Shown in pieces: positions 1 to 9,340 of a stretch of DNA of 64,000 bases. The stretch comes from Escherichia coli (GTDB lineage Bacteria; Pseudomonadota; Gammaproteobacteria; Enterobacterales; Enterobacteriaceae): NCBI RefSeq assembly GCF_036507355.1, contig NZ_AP027877.1; one strand, given 5' to 3'. The translations under genes and the position numbers were made by a program. The notes under the pieces were generated by a model. It saw nothing but the letters and a program-made list of their open reading frames with translations. It did not search any database and was not told the origin of the DNA. Each line of letters opens with the position of its first letter. Position 1 is the stretch's first letter.

Positions 1-360
1 AACGCGGCCTTCTATGTCGTGGATCTCATAGCGCCAAAGACCTTTATTTGACACAAAACGCAGCGCCACCGCTTTATCGGCTTTACCCTTTGGTGGCGTC
101 AATAAACAGTGCCCTGCCGTTAATGCCAGATTGGGGGCAATCAGCGTCGCCGTACATAAATTGCCGCTGGCCGTTTCCAGTTGCCCAACCGCATCCCACG
201 GTGATTGGGTCGTGTCATTCACTGGCACACGATCATCATGACCAAAAAACAGGGTGCTGACCTCATCGTTTGCCGATTTGGCAACGTCTGGTTTATCTGC
301 AAACACAAAAGCAGACGTCAAACTAATTGCACCCAACACTACAGCAATGGTTGTACGCAT
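1..360 (-). CDS. ydgD: Serine protease YdgD, 5' portion (start codon at 358-360, rest runs off the window)
   Basis: Reverse-strand translation from ATG at 358-360 gives [18 protein letters not shown]... with a TAGHC His motif; open to position 1. Confidence 0.75.
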   Translation of the reverse strand, partial: MRTTIAVVLGAISLTSAFVFADKPDVAKSANDEVSTLFFGHDDRVPVNDTTQSPWDAVGQLETASGNLCTATLIAPNLALTAGHCLLTPPKGKADKAVALRFVSNKGLWRYEIHDIEGRV

Positions 361-459
361 ATCACACTCTGGTGGGTAATTATGATTATTAAAAGCAAAC
401 CCTCATAAATACTATAGACGGGACGGGATGAAAGTGGGAGTAAAATCAGATAACTACAG

Positions 460-543
460 TCAGGAAAGATAAAAACGGGCGGCAATCAGTGCGCATAAAA
501 TAAGGATGATCAGAATGAACTCAAAGCGATAACGGCCCACCAT
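460..543 (-). CDS. ydgU: Small membrane protein YdgU (27 aa)
   Basis: Reverse-strand ORF translates MVGRYRFEFILIILILCALIAARFYLS, stop at 460-462. Confidence 0.6.
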   Translation of the reverse strand: MVGRYRFEFILIILILCALIAARFYLS

Positions 544-635
544 ACTACCCTCCGCTAAAGGCGGTGCTAAACGTTACCCGCTTAGCACCGTAATTTTCAG
601 GCGCGAGGGGGCGCGCCAGCATTACTGTTGAAAAC

Positions 636-944
636 TTACGCTGCGGGTTGTGCAGCAGGTTTTGCCGGTTGCTGATGGCTGTGTTTCTTGGCGTGTTTCT
701 TCGCTGCCTGCGCTTTTTGTTCAGGGGCTTTCTGTTCAGCTTTCGCATTTTTATGATGCTTTTTAGCCGCCTGCGCTTTCTGGGCAGGTGCTGCTTTATG
801 CTGTTTTTTATGATGTGTAGTTTTCGCCGGCGCTGCTTTGGTGGTCGTCGCAGTCGGAGCAGGTGTGGTCGCAGTCTCTGCAGCAAAGGCGGCAGAAGAC
901 AGACCCATAGCAGCGGCAACAACCAGAGCTAATACTTTTTTCAT
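636..944 (-). CDS. asr: Acid shock protein Asr (102 aa from MKKVLALVV)
   Basis: ORF track 636..971; signal peptide followed by low-complexity Ala/Lys/His/Gln-rich repeats. Confidence 0.9.
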   Translation of the reverse strand: MKKVLALVVAAAMGLSSAAFAAETATTPAPTATTTKAAPAKTTHHKKQHKAAPAQKAQAAKKHHKNAKAEQKAPEQKAQAAKKHAKKHSHQQPAKPAAQPAA

Positions 945-1330
945 TGTCATACCCTCAATTTGTTTTTTCATTTAACCCCACTGCGGGGCCGTTGAAATAA
1001 CTATATCCCTGGGAATGGCAGACTTCCGTGAGTGGTTGGTTTCAGCGTGTAACGATATGTACAAACGCTGAATAAATTACAGCGTTGATAATAACGTATT
1101 GTGACTTAAGGGAAATTTAGCTACCAATAATAGTAGTCTTGATCGGGTTAACTATTTTACTACTTACAAAGCGGTAGAATAACTGCGCATCAGTAATAAA
1201 TGACACACAGCAAAATGAATCCGTTTATTTGGGTACTTATAATCCTGATGACGCTAGACGCGCTGCGGGAATTGGCTGGCGCTTCGTCTATTTTAGGATG
1301 GCTATTAACGTTGGTTTGAGCAGGCAATAA

Positions 1331-1360
1331 GTCCGGACGGGTATTTACCGCAATCCGGAC
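1331..1360 (-). terminator. Hairpin just downstream of the ynfM stop, candidate intrinsic terminator
   Basis: Inverted repeat gtccgga...tccggac flanked by T/A-rich runs. Confidence 0.4.
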
Positions 1361-1367
1361 TTATTTT

Positions 1368-2621
1368 TCAGGCGTGCAGACGACGATGCAAACGCGTCCC
1401 GACCAGCAGAGCAATGACCAGCATCAGAGCAATAAATGCGCCGACGCCGTTCCAGCCATAGTTATGCCAGAAAACACCACCCAGCGTCCCGGCAATACTC
1501 GACCCCAGATAGTAACTGAACAGATACAGCGAGGAGGCCTGGCCTTTAGCGCGTTTTGCGCGGGGGCCGATCCAGCTGCTGGCAACTGAGTGGGCTGCGA
1601 AGAATCCTGCTGAGAAGAGTAACATTCCGGCAAAGATCAGCCACAGCGAGCTGAATAAGGTCATCAGTAAACCAAACAGCATAACCCCCGTCGAAAACAA
1701 CATCACTGGACCACGCCCATAGCGGGTGGTCATGGTTCCGGCTTTGGGTGAGCTCCATGTACCGGTCAAATAAGCCAGCGATAATAAGCCAACCACGGCC
1801 TGACTGACATGCCAGGGGGAGAGCATCAACCGATAGCCGATGTAATTAAACAGCGTGACGAACGACCCCATCAGCAAAAAGCCTTCTGCGAACAATAACG
1901 GTAATCCCCGGTCACGCCAGTGCAGACGAAAGTTGATAAACAACGACTTAGGTCGCAGCGAAGTCGGGCGAAAATGGCGTGATTCCGGGAGGATTTTCCA
2001 GAACATCAACGCCGAGGCTAGCGCGAAACAACCGATTGCCGCCAGCGCAATTCGCCAGTTGAAAAAGTCCGTGAAGACACCGCTAATTAAGCGTCCGCTC
2101 ATGCCGCCAATTGAGTTGCCGCTGATATACAACCCCATCGAAAAGGCCACGAAACTGGGGTGGATTTCCTCGCTAAGATAAGTCATGCCAACAGCTGCCA
2201 CGCCACTTAACGAAAGCCCAATCAAGGCGCGCATAATCAAAATGCCGTGCCAGCTGGTCATCATTGTCGAAAGTAACGTACAAATGGAGGCCAACAGTAG
2301 CGCCGTGACCATCACTGGTTTGCGACCAATGGCATCGGATAGCGGACCAGTAAACAGCAAACCGATAGCCAACATCGCCGTGGAAATGGACAGTGAAATA
2401 CTACTGTTCGCGGGCGTTAAGCCAAACTCCTGCGAAAGCACCGGAAGGATAGGCTGCACACAATAGAGAAGTGCAAATGTTGCCAGTCCGGCAGAGAACA
2501 GCGCCAGGGTGACGCGCATAAATTGCGGCGTACCGCGTTTAATAAATTGATTTGGCTGAGAAATGCTTTGCTTGTCAGTGTCGCTTGCCGGAGCGCCATC
2601 AACAGTTGTAGTACGGCTCAC
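1368..2621 (-). CDS. ynfM: MFS transporter YnfM (417 aa)
   Basis: ORF track; polytopic hydrophobic protein matching K-12 YnfM length. Confidence 0.9.
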   Translation of the reverse strand: MSRTTTVDGAPASDTDKQSISQPNQFIKRGTPQFMRVTLALFSAGLATFALLYCVQPILPVLSQEFGLTPANSSISLSISTAMLAIGLLFTGPLSDAIGRKPVMVTALLLASICTLLSTMMTSWHGILIMRALIGLSLSGVAAVGMTYLSEEIHPSFVAFSMGLYISGNSIGGMSGRLISGVFTDFFNWRIALAAIGCFALASALMFWKILPESRHFRPTSLRPKSLFINFRLHWRDRGLPLLFAEGFLLMGSFVTLFNYIGYRLMLSPWHVSQAVVGLLSLAYLTGTWSSPKAGTMTTRYGRGPVMLFSTGVMLFGLLMTLFSSLWLIFAGMLLFSAGFFAAHSVASSWIGPRAKRAKGQASSLYLFSYYLGSSIAGTLGGVFWHNYGWNGVGAFIALMLVIALLVGTRLHRRLHA

Positions 2622-2727
2622 TTGAAATCCTTGCTAAATATGCCTGTGGATCAGGCTTATACATAGGTTAGGAAAATCGAATTGTTCTGTCTAATATATT
2701 AATAATCTCAAATAAGATGTTTTAAAT

Positions 2728-3621
2728 ATGAATATTGAACTTCGTCATCTGCGCTACTTTGTTGCGGTTGCGGAAGAACTGCATTTCGGGCGCGCCGCTG
2801 CCCGCCTGAATATTTCGCAACCGCCGCTAAGTCAGCAGATTCAGGCGCTGGAGCAACAAATTGGTGCCCGACTGCTGGCACGAACCAATCGCAGTGTATT
2901 GCTGACGGCAGCAGGAAAACAGTTTCTTGCAGATAGTCGGCAAATCCTGTCTATGGTGGATGACGCTGCCGCTCGCGCTGAAAGACTGCATCAGGGTGAA
3001 GCGGGGGAGTTGCGCATTGGTTTTACTTCGTCGGCTCCTTTTATTCGGGCGGTGTCCGATACGTTATCGCTGTTTCGCCGAGATTATCCCGATGTCCATT
3101 TACAAACCCGCGAAATGAACACTCGCGAGCAAATCGCTCCGCTCATTGAAGGAACGCTGGATATGGGATTGCTGCGTAACACAGCGTTACCGGAGACGCT
3201 TGAACACGTAGTCATCGTCCATGAACCGCTTATGGCGATGATCCCGCACGATCATCCCCTGGCAAATAACCCGAATGTAACGCTGGCTGAACTGGCGAAA
3301 GAACCCTTTGTCTTTTTTGATCCGCACGTCGGGACAGGGCTGTATGACGATATTCTCGGGCTGATGCGACGTTACCATTTGACGCCCGTCATCACTCAGG
3401 AGGTGGGCGAGGCAATGACCATCATCGGTCTGGTTTCCGCCGGTCTGGGTGTTTCAATTTTGCCTGCGTCATTTAAACGTGTTCAGCTCAACGAAATGCG
3501 CTGGGTGCCGATTGCTGAAGAGGATGCGGTTTCTGAAATGTGGTTGGTCTGGCCGAAACATCATGAACAAAGTCCGGCTGCGCGTAACTTTCGTATTCAT
3601 CTGCTGAATGCTCTCAGGTGA
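2728..3621 (+). CDS. ynfL: LysR-family transcriptional regulator YnfL (297 aa)
   Basis: N-terminal LysR helix-turn-helix (MNIELRHLRYFVAVAEELHFGRAA...); divergent from ynfM. Confidence 0.9.
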   Translation: MNIELRHLRYFVAVAEELHFGRAAARLNISQPPLSQQIQALEQQIGARLLARTNRSVLLTAAGKQFLADSRQILSMVDDAAARAERLHQGEAGELRIGFTSSAPFIRAVSDTLSLFRRDYPDVHLQTREMNTREQIAPLIEGTLDMGLLRNTALPETLEHVVIVHEPLMAMIPHDHPLANNPNVTLAELAKEPFVFFDPHVGTGLYDDILGLMRRYHLTPVITQEVGEAMTIIGLVSAGLGVSILPASFKRVQLNEMRWVPIAEEDAVSEMWLVWPKHHEQSPAARNFRIHLLNALR

Positions 3622-3755
3622 GGGAAATTTCAGCGAAAAAGCCCGAAAAATGTGCTGTTAATCACATGCCTAAGTAAAAATTTGACGACACGTATTGAAG
3701 TGCTTCACCATAGCCTACAGATTATTTCGGAGCGCGAAAATATAGGGAGTATGCG

Positions 3756-4976
3756 GTGGTTGCTGAAAACCAGCCTGGGCACATTGATCAAATAAAGCAG
3801 ACCAACGCGGGCGCGGTTTATCGCCTGATTGATCAGCTTGGTCCAGTCTCGCGTATCGATCTTTCCCGTCTGGCGCAGCTGGCTCCTGCCAGTATCACTA
3901 AAATTGTCCGTGAGATGCTCGAAGCACACCTGGTGCAAGAGCTGGAAATCAAAGAAGCGGGGAACCGTGGCCGTCCGGCGGTGGGGCTGGTGGTTGAAAC
4001 TGAAGCCTGGCACTATCTTTCTCTGCGCATTAGTCGCGGGGAGATTTTCCTTGCTCTGCGCGATCTGAGCAGCAAACTGGTGGTGGAAGAGTCGCAGGAA
4101 CTGGCGTTAAAAGATGACTCGCCATTGCTGGATCGTATCATTTCCCATATCGATCAGTTTTTTATTCGCCACCAGAAAAAACTTGAGCGTCTAACTTCGA
4201 TTGCCATAACCCTGCCGGGAATTATTGATACGGAAAATGGCATTGTACATCGCATGCCGTTCTACGAGGATGTAAAAGAGATGCCGCTCGGCGAGGCTCT
4301 GGAGCAGCATACCGGCGTTCCGGTTTATATTCAGCATGATATCAGCGCATGGACGATGGCAGAGGCCTTGTTTGGTGCCTCACGCGGGGCGCGCGATGTG
4401 ATTCAGGTGGTTATCGATCACAACGTGGGGGCGGGCGTCATTACCGATGGTCATCTGCTACACGCAGGCAGCAGTAGCCTCGTGGAAATAGGTCACACAC
4501 AGGTAGACCCATATGGTAAACGCTGTTATTGCGGGAACCACGGCTGCCTCGAAACCATCGCCAGTGTGGACAGTATTCTTGAGCTGGCACAGCTGCGTCT
4601 CAATCAATCCATGAGCTCGATGTTACATGGGCAACCGTTAACCGTGGACTCATTGTGTCAGGCGGCATTGCGCGGCGATCTGCTGGCAAAAGACATCATT
4701 ACCGGGGTGGGCGCGCATGTAGGGCGCATTCTTGCCATCATGGTGAATTTATTTAACCCACAAAAAATACTGATTGGCTCACCGTTAAGTAAAGCGGCAG
4801 ATATCCTCTTCCCGGTCATCTCAGATAGCATCCGTCAGCAGGCCCTTCCTGCGTATAGTCAGCACATTAGCGTTGAGAGTACTCAGTTTTCTAACCAGGG
4901 CACGATGGCAGGGGCTGCGCTGGTAAAAGACGCGATGTATAACGGTTCTTTGTTGATTCGTCTGTTGCAGGGTTAA
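3756..4976 (+). CDS. mlc: ROK-family global regulator Mlc (DgsA), 406 aa
   Basis: ORF track protein has ROK features and the CxCGxxGCxE zinc motif (CYCGNHGCLE). Confidence 0.9.
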   Translation: MVAENQPGHIDQIKQTNAGAVYRLIDQLGPVSRIDLSRLAQLAPASITKIVREMLEAHLVQELEIKEAGNRGRPAVGLVVETEAWHYLSLRISRGEIFLALRDLSSKLVVEESQELALKDDSPLLDRIISHIDQFFIRHQKKLERLTSIAITLPGIIDTENGIVHRMPFYEDVKEMPLGEALEQHTGVPVYIQHDISAWTMAEALFGASRGARDVIQVVIDHNVGAGVITDGHLLHAGSSSLVEIGHTQVDPYGKRCYCGNHGCLETIASVDSILELAQLRLNQSMSSMLHGQPLTVDSLCQAALRGDLLAKDIITGVGAHVGRILAIMVNLFNPQKILIGSPLSKAADILFPVISDSIRQQALPAYSQHISVESTQFSNQGTMAGAALVKDAMYNGSLLIRLLQG

Positions 4977-5100
4977 CATTTTTTAACTGTTCTACCAAAA
5001 TTTGCGCTATCTCAATTTGGGCCAGGAAAGCATAACTTAGACTTTCAAGGTTAATTATTTTCCTGGTTTATATTTGTGAAGCATAACGGTGGAGTTAGTG

Positions 5101-5796
5101 ATGCTGAAGCGTTTCTTTATTACCGGTACAGACACTTCTGTAGGGAAAACGGTGGTTTCCCGCGCATTGCTACAAGCGTTAGCCTCCCAGGGAAAAACGG
5201 TTGCGGGATATAAACCCGTAGCGAAGGGGAGCAAAGAGACACCCGAAGGGCTGCGTAATAAAGATGCCCTGGTGTTGCAGAGTGTTTCAACCATCGAACT
5301 GCCTTATGAAGCAGTTAATCCTATCGCGTTAAGCGAAGAAGAAAGTAGCGTGGCGCACAGTTGCCCAATCAATTACACCCTCATTTCAAACGGCCTGGCA
5401 AACCTGACCGAAAAAGTCGATCATGTCGTGGTAGAAGGGACTGGCGGCTGGCGCAGTCTGATGAATGATTTGCGTCCACTCTCTGAATGGGTGGTGCAGG
5501 AACAACTGCCGGTGTTGATGGTTGTCGGTATTCAGGAAGGTTGCATTAACCATGCACTGCTAACAGCTCAGGCGATTGCCAACGACGGGCTGCCGCTCAT
5601 TGGCTGGGTGGCTAACCGAATCAACCCAGGACTGGCGCATTATGCGGAAATCATTGATGTGCTCGGTAAAAAACTTCCGGCACCGCTCATTGGTGAACTG
5701 CCTTATCTGCCGCGCGCCGAACAGCGTGAACTGGGGCAATACATCCGCTTAGCTATGCTGCGCAGTGTGCTGGCGGTAGATAGAGTCACGGTGTAA
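5101..5796 (+). CDS. ynfK: Dethiobiotin synthetase paralog YnfK (231 aa from MLKRFF)
   Basis: P-loop GTDTSVGKT; BioD-like; 3' end overlaps convergent clcB. Confidence 0.85.
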
Positions 5797-7005
5797 CGTC
5801 CGCGAGATTACCGACGCAATTACGCAGGCAATCAATAAACCGGGGAGTAGCTGATACTCCCCGGTCATTTCACATATCATCAACGTCGACATAATCGGCG
5901 CGTGCGTGGTTGCCGCCAACAGTGTCGCCATCCCGGTCAATCCGAGTAAAAGCGTAATTTCTTCGCCATCAGGGAACCATAATCCCAGGCTACGACCATA
6001 CAACATGCCAATGGCAAGACCGATAAATAGCGTCGGTGTAAAGACACCACCGGGTGCGCCGGAACCGCTACTCGCCAGCACGGCACACAGTTTACAAAGG
6101 AAGATCCCGGCAATGATCATTAACAGTGGCGGGGCGGTTAAAAAGGATTGTACGGTGCTATAGCCGTTGCCCCACACTGCAGGTGTGAACAGGGAAAGCA
6201 GACCCACGATCAACCCGCCTAGTGCCAGTTGCCAGGGCGGCGCAAGTTTGAGACTCACAAATCCACGATGACAGGCGTTCATTAACGTTAACAACAGTGG
6301 TCCGCACAGACCTGCCAGCACACCTGTACTGATAATCAGCGCATAGTCACGAGCCTGAACCGTCACTGAGAGTTGTACGCTGTAGAGTAACGCGTCGCTA
6401 TGATTAATCAGATTGCTAACCAGCAATGCCACGACGGCGGAAATAATCACCGGGCCGAGAGAGGCCAACATCATAGTGCCAAACAGCACTTCGGCTATAA
6501 ATAAACTGCCAGCAAGCGGGGCGCGATAGGCCGCAGCCATTCCCGCTGCGGCCCCACAGGCGATCCATAATTTCCACTCCTGGCGTGGTGTAAAACGTTG
6601 GGCAAAACAGGAGGCGGCAAGGGCAGCTAAAAGAATCATCGCACCTTCGCGACCAATTGCACTGCCGCTGGTTACTACCAGCAGAGAGGCAAGCGATTTA
6701 ACCAGGCTTGCTGCGTAATCAAACTGACCCTCGGTTTGCAACGCTTCCATATAATCGGTCGGCGCATGAGGGCGTTGCTGGGTAAATTTCTGCCAGCCCA
6801 TCAGCAACAAACCCGCCGCCAGTCCGCCGAGCGCCGGAGTTAGCAGCCGTCGCCAGGGGGAAAGGTTTGTCGCTGCATTGACCAGACTGCCGGAGTCATT
6901 ATTGAGGAACAACCACTCCAGTAGCAGCATCGCATGACGAAACCCGGCAACGGCAAAGGCCGCGAGAATACCGACGACTGTTGCGATAAGCAGACGGCGG
7001 AACAT
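5749..7005 (-). CDS. clcB: Voltage-gated ClC chloride channel ClcB (start taken at [12 protein letters not shown])
   Basis: ORF track 5749..7065; ClC motifs (GREGA, GxFxP) in a polytopic protein. Confidence 0.85.
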   Translation of the reverse strand: MFRRLLIATVVGILAAFAVAGFRHAMLLLEWLFLNNDSGSLVNAATNLSPWRRLLTPALGGLAAGLLLMGWQKFTQQRPHAPTDYMEALQTEGQFDYAASLVKSLASLLVVTSGSAIGREGAMILLAALAASCFAQRFTPRQEWKLWIACGAAAGMAAAYRAPLAGSLFIAEVLFGTMMLASLGPVIISAVVALLVSNLINHSDALLYSVQLSVTVQARDYALIISTGVLAGLCGPLLLTLMNACHRGFVSLKLAPPWQLALGGLIVGLLSLFTPAVWGNGYSTVQSFLTAPPLLMIIAGIFLCKLCAVLASSGSGAPGGVFTPTLFIGLAIGMLYGRSLGLWFPDGEEITLLLGLTGMATLLAATTHAPIMSTLMICEMTGEYQLLPGLLIACVIASVISRTLHRDSIYRQHTAQHS

Positions 7006-7199
7006 AGTGCGCAGATCCGGATAGATGTGTAGATGATGCATGAGCAGAAATGGGCAATGAAACACGGGCGACTATTTTGCGGCAAAAGAGGCCAGCCGCA
7101 AAAGCAGTGCGTGCTTTAAGAGATAAAAAAACGTGACACTGTAACGTATTATTGCCGAATTGCGCGTAATCGTCACCATCCGGCAATATTACGGTAATC

Positions 7200-7814
7200 C
7201 TATCGAAACAGCGATTTAACCGCGACAGGAATTAACAGTTGTGATTGCCATTGCGCCAGCGTTAAGCGAGCCAGTTCACCCAGTGCACGGTAGAAAGGGT
7301 GTTCTGCTTTTTCGATAAAAACGTCAAGAAAACGTGTTGACCACGGAAAAAGGTGCCATGCCAGCAATTCTTCGCATTCTGTCTGGCGACCATTCTCCGC
7401 CAACCACGCAGCCATCAACAGCAGTGAACCAAAATGATCTTCCGGTTCGTTTTGCTTCATTTCAAACTGAATGCCTTTCTCGCGCATCCACTGACGAAGT
7501 GCCAATGTTGAATCGCCAAACAGCACAGATTCGCGATCCAGCCAGACCGACCCCCACGGCGGAGACGGCAGTGCCCACGGGCCGACAAACAAACGCTGCC
7601 AGGCCTGGGCGTGAGTCTCTTCACACTGTGTCTGAAAAGCCGTCACCAGCGGCGCTAATGACGCTTCTGGTAGAGGCCACTGAGTTTCCCAGCCGTCACT
7701 GGTGAGTACCGCAACCAGAGGTGCGGCTTCAGCACTCTCTGGAGCGTAATAAAACAGCGCGCCCAACACGCGCGCCGCGACAGAAAAATTATCTTGCTGT
7801 GAAAAATGGGTCAT
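7200..7814 (-). CDS. dmsD: Tat proofreading chaperone DmsD (204 aa from MTHFSQQ)
   Basis: ORF track 7200..7823; last gene of the ynfEFGH-dmsD cluster. Confidence 0.85.
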   Translation of the reverse strand: MTHFSQQDNFSVAARVLGALFYYAPESAEAAPLVAVLTSDGWETQWPLPEASLAPLVTAFQTQCEETHAQAWQRLFVGPWALPSPPWGSVWLDRESVLFGDSTLALRQWMREKGIQFEMKQNEPEDHFGSLLLMAAWLAENGRQTECEELLAWHLFPWSTRFLDVFIEKAEHPFYRALGELARLTLAQWQSQLLIPVAVKSLFR

Positions 7815-7856
7815 TCCTAACATCCTGAAATGTGCGGGTTGCCCCGCACCAATTTG

Positions 7857-8711
7857 TTAACCTGCAATAGCCATTCCTACCGTCATGTGCAGGCCATAAA
7901 AGAGCACACGCCCGATCATCTCACCGCCAAGAATGAGGATTAACCCCAGAATAAGTCCGGCAACGTGAGGTTCACGGCGACGTATGAGCGGACAAAGCCA
8001 GCATCCTAGACCTGCGCATAACAATACCACACGCCAGACCTGTAAGGAGGCGTAATCTGGTACCAGTGCGCTGGCTTGTTGCACGGATGAGTGAATAGAC
8101 GACAGAGACAAACCTTGCAGCACAATCACCTCGGCACAAGCGATCAGCGCCAGAACGCTAATGATGGCAAATGGTGTGGTATTAAATGTAACGCGGGCTG
8201 CCCGCAGAATTGCGGCAGCAAGTATTGGACCACTCAACAATACCGTCAGGAAGAAAGCCAGCGTAGTGTAACCGTTATGCCAGGTTGGCACAGTGTCGAT
8301 TTGATACACGCAGGTCATCATCCAGACGAAAATGACGCCGAGCGCCATGCTGACAAGTAACCAGAGTTTCCCCAACGCTTGCGGCATTTTACCGATGACC
8401 GCCACCAGCCACCATAGTCCGCCAACGGCAAAAAATATGGAACCGGCAGCAATCTCGTTACTCAGACCAGAAGCTCCGATTCGATTCAGCGAGTTAAACG
8501 CCCGCAGTGGCGATCCCAGGTGCATGACAGAGGCAATAAACCCGATGCCCATCAACAGCCAGAGGAAAAACATGCCACGAACAATGTGCTGACGGTCTGC
8601 GTCATTTTTGGCGGCGAACCAGCCAATTCCGCTAACAATCAGCGCGCCTACTACGCATTGACCCAATACGGTAAAGATAACCAGTGGCCATTCATGCCAT
8701 CCATTTCCCAT
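7857..8711 (-). CDS. ynfH: DMSO reductase-like membrane anchor subunit YnfH (284 aa from MGNGWHEW)
   Basis: Hydrophobic DmsC-like protein; the ORF track extends upstream into ynfG, start chosen at the internal Met directly after the ynfG stop. Confidence 0.8.
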   Translation of the reverse strand: MGNGWHEWPLVIFTVLGQCVVGALIVSGIGWFAAKNDADRQHIVRGMFFLWLLMGIGFIASVMHLGSPLRAFNSLNRIGASGLSNEIAAGSIFFAVGGLWWLVAVIGKMPQALGKLWLLVSMALGVIFVWMMTCVYQIDTVPTWHNGYTTLAFFLTVLLSGPILAAAILRAARVTFNTTPFAIISVLALIACAEVIVLQGLSLSSIHSSVQQASALVPDYASLQVWRVVLLCAGLGCWLCPLIRRREPHVAGLILGLILILGGEMIGRVLFYGLHMTVGMAIAG

Positions 8712-8712
8712 T

Positions 8713-9330
8713 TTACACTTCCTCCGGATTAGCCAGATAACCAGTGGTATCGCCGGTCGGGCGGCTGTTGGCGTTAGGTTTGATAACGATATTGGGTTTT
8801 GTGAAATGCGCGCGCGGCAGTGGCGCGACGGCAGCAAGAGTGCCGTGCTTCTGGCGCAGCTCTTCAATTGGACCGAACTCAAGTGCACGCAGCGGGCAGG
8901 ATTCGACACATATGGGTTGTTTCCCCTCGGCGACGCGCGAATAACAACCATCGCACTTCGTCATGTGCCCTTTTTCAGCATTGTACTGTGGTGCGCCGTA
9001 CGGACAAGCCATGTGGCAGTAGCGGCAGCCGATACAAACATCTTCATCAACCACCACAAAGCCATCTTCACGCTTATGCATTGCGCCGCTGGGGCAGACT
9101 TTTGTACATGCGGGGTCATCGCAATGGTTACAGGAGATGGAGAGATAATAAGAGAACACGTTCTGGTGCCAGACGCCATTATCTTCCTGCCAGTCGCCGC
9201 CAGCATATTCATAAATACGGCGGAAACTGACTTCCGGGCCAAGATCTTTAAAATCTTTGCACGCCAGTTCGCAGGTTTTACAGCCAGTACAGCGGCTGGA
9301 ATCGATAAAAAATCCATATTGTGTGGTCAT
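8713..9330 (-). CDS. ynfG: DMSO reductase-like 4Fe-4S subunit YnfG (205 aa)
   Basis: Four Cys clusters of CxxCxxCxxxCP type. Confidence 0.9.
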   Translation of the reverse strand: MTTQYGFFIDSSRCTGCKTCELACKDFKDLGPEVSFRRIYEYAGGDWQEDNGVWHQNVFSYYLSISCNHCDDPACTKVCPSGAMHKREDGFVVVDEDVCIGCRYCHMACPYGAPQYNAEKGHMTKCDGCYSRVAEGKQPICVESCPLRALEFGPIEELRQKHGTLAAVAPLPRAHFTKPNIVIKPNANSRPTGDTTGYLANPEEV

Positions 9331-9340
9331 GGGCTACTCC

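Noticed and set aside
545..932. ORFs 545..922 (-) and 648..932 (+) overlapping asr
   Set aside because: Alternative-frame and antisense readings of the low-complexity asr repeat region; products are Arg/Lys or Phe/Cys-rich nonsense.
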